Positions 63,585-64,000 of a stretch of 64,000 bases of DNA are shown piece after piece (position 1 is the stretch's first letter; every line of letters begins with the position of its first letter). This stretch comes from Camelus ferus. Lineage: Eukaryota. The stretch lies in NCBI RefSeq assembly GCF_009834535.1, contig NC_045698.1, forward strand, positions 2,482,001-2,546,000, given 5' to 3'. Below the pieces are notes generated by a model that saw nothing but the letters and a program-made list of their open reading frames with translations, had not been told where the DNA came from and searched no databases. A program made the translations under genes and the position numbers.

Positions 63585-63621
<37 letters not shown>
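63585..63621. repeat. A27 run followed by (GA)5
   Basis: Directly visible. Confidence 0.9.
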
Positions 63622-63623
<2 letters not shown>

Positions 63624-64000
63624 GCTTTTGATCTGACTATTCCCTTTACATAAAATTCTACATTTCTGTCTGCCGCTGTTCACTTTTTTCCTATCAGCGG
63701 ACATGGATGGAACATTCTAAGCCTTGGAGCTTATTTTAATATCTTTAGAAGATTCTCCTCTTATTCTCCAGGAGTCACAGGATAGGAGATGAAGGTGCGC
63801 AGTCCAGAGCCCGGCTGCGGCTCCTCTGCCAGAGCCGTCACGGACAGACCACTTCGAGGGGCTCTGGCGGAGCCCCCAGACGCCGCCGCCGTCAGCGGGC
63901 AGACGTGCCGGCGGTGGGGGCTCGCGCAGTGGCTGGAAGCGGGGCCTGGCTCCAGGTTGCTAATTATGGGATGGTGAGGGTGGATGAGACATTTTGCGAT

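Noticed and set aside
1..64000. CRISPR array, operon, prophage or other prokaryotic system
   Set aside because: No regularly spaced repeats or dense coding blocks; the repeat content is clearly mammalian.

Overview
Mammalian genomic DNA, most likely camelid (alpaca/llama/camel), judged from a Vic-1-like tRNA-derived SINE with a target-site duplication (TSD) at 38.2 kb and young L1 3' ends of a matching type. I cannot recognise any protein-coding gene, tRNA, rRNA or prokaryote-type system, so the window looks intergenic or deep intronic. It is a mosaic of AT-rich and very GC/CpG-rich blocks with many interspersed repeats (young and ancient L1, L2, MIR, MaLR and ERV solo LTRs, MER82) and microsatellites. 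Nearly all long ORFs are by-products of these repeats or of GC richness. The most notable observations are: (i) a ~310-bp element that appears to join the 5' start of an L1 directly to its 3' tail (26.4-26.7 kb), a candidate non-autonomous mini-L1; (ii) two independent 5'-inverted, twin-priming-type L1s within 4 kb; (iii) strong local AT-to-GC rewriting of old repeats, consistent with GC-biased gene conversion; (iv) an orphan CpG island abutting an ~800-bp CA array with higher-order structure; (v) a promoter-like motif cluster near 0.55 kb and weak evidence for a spliced transcript or small ORF at 7.1-8.2 kb; (vi) several repeat-free, motif-dense candidate enhancers. Repeat family names come from my recollection of consensus sequences, not from a database search. 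I found no convincing evidence of a new biological system.
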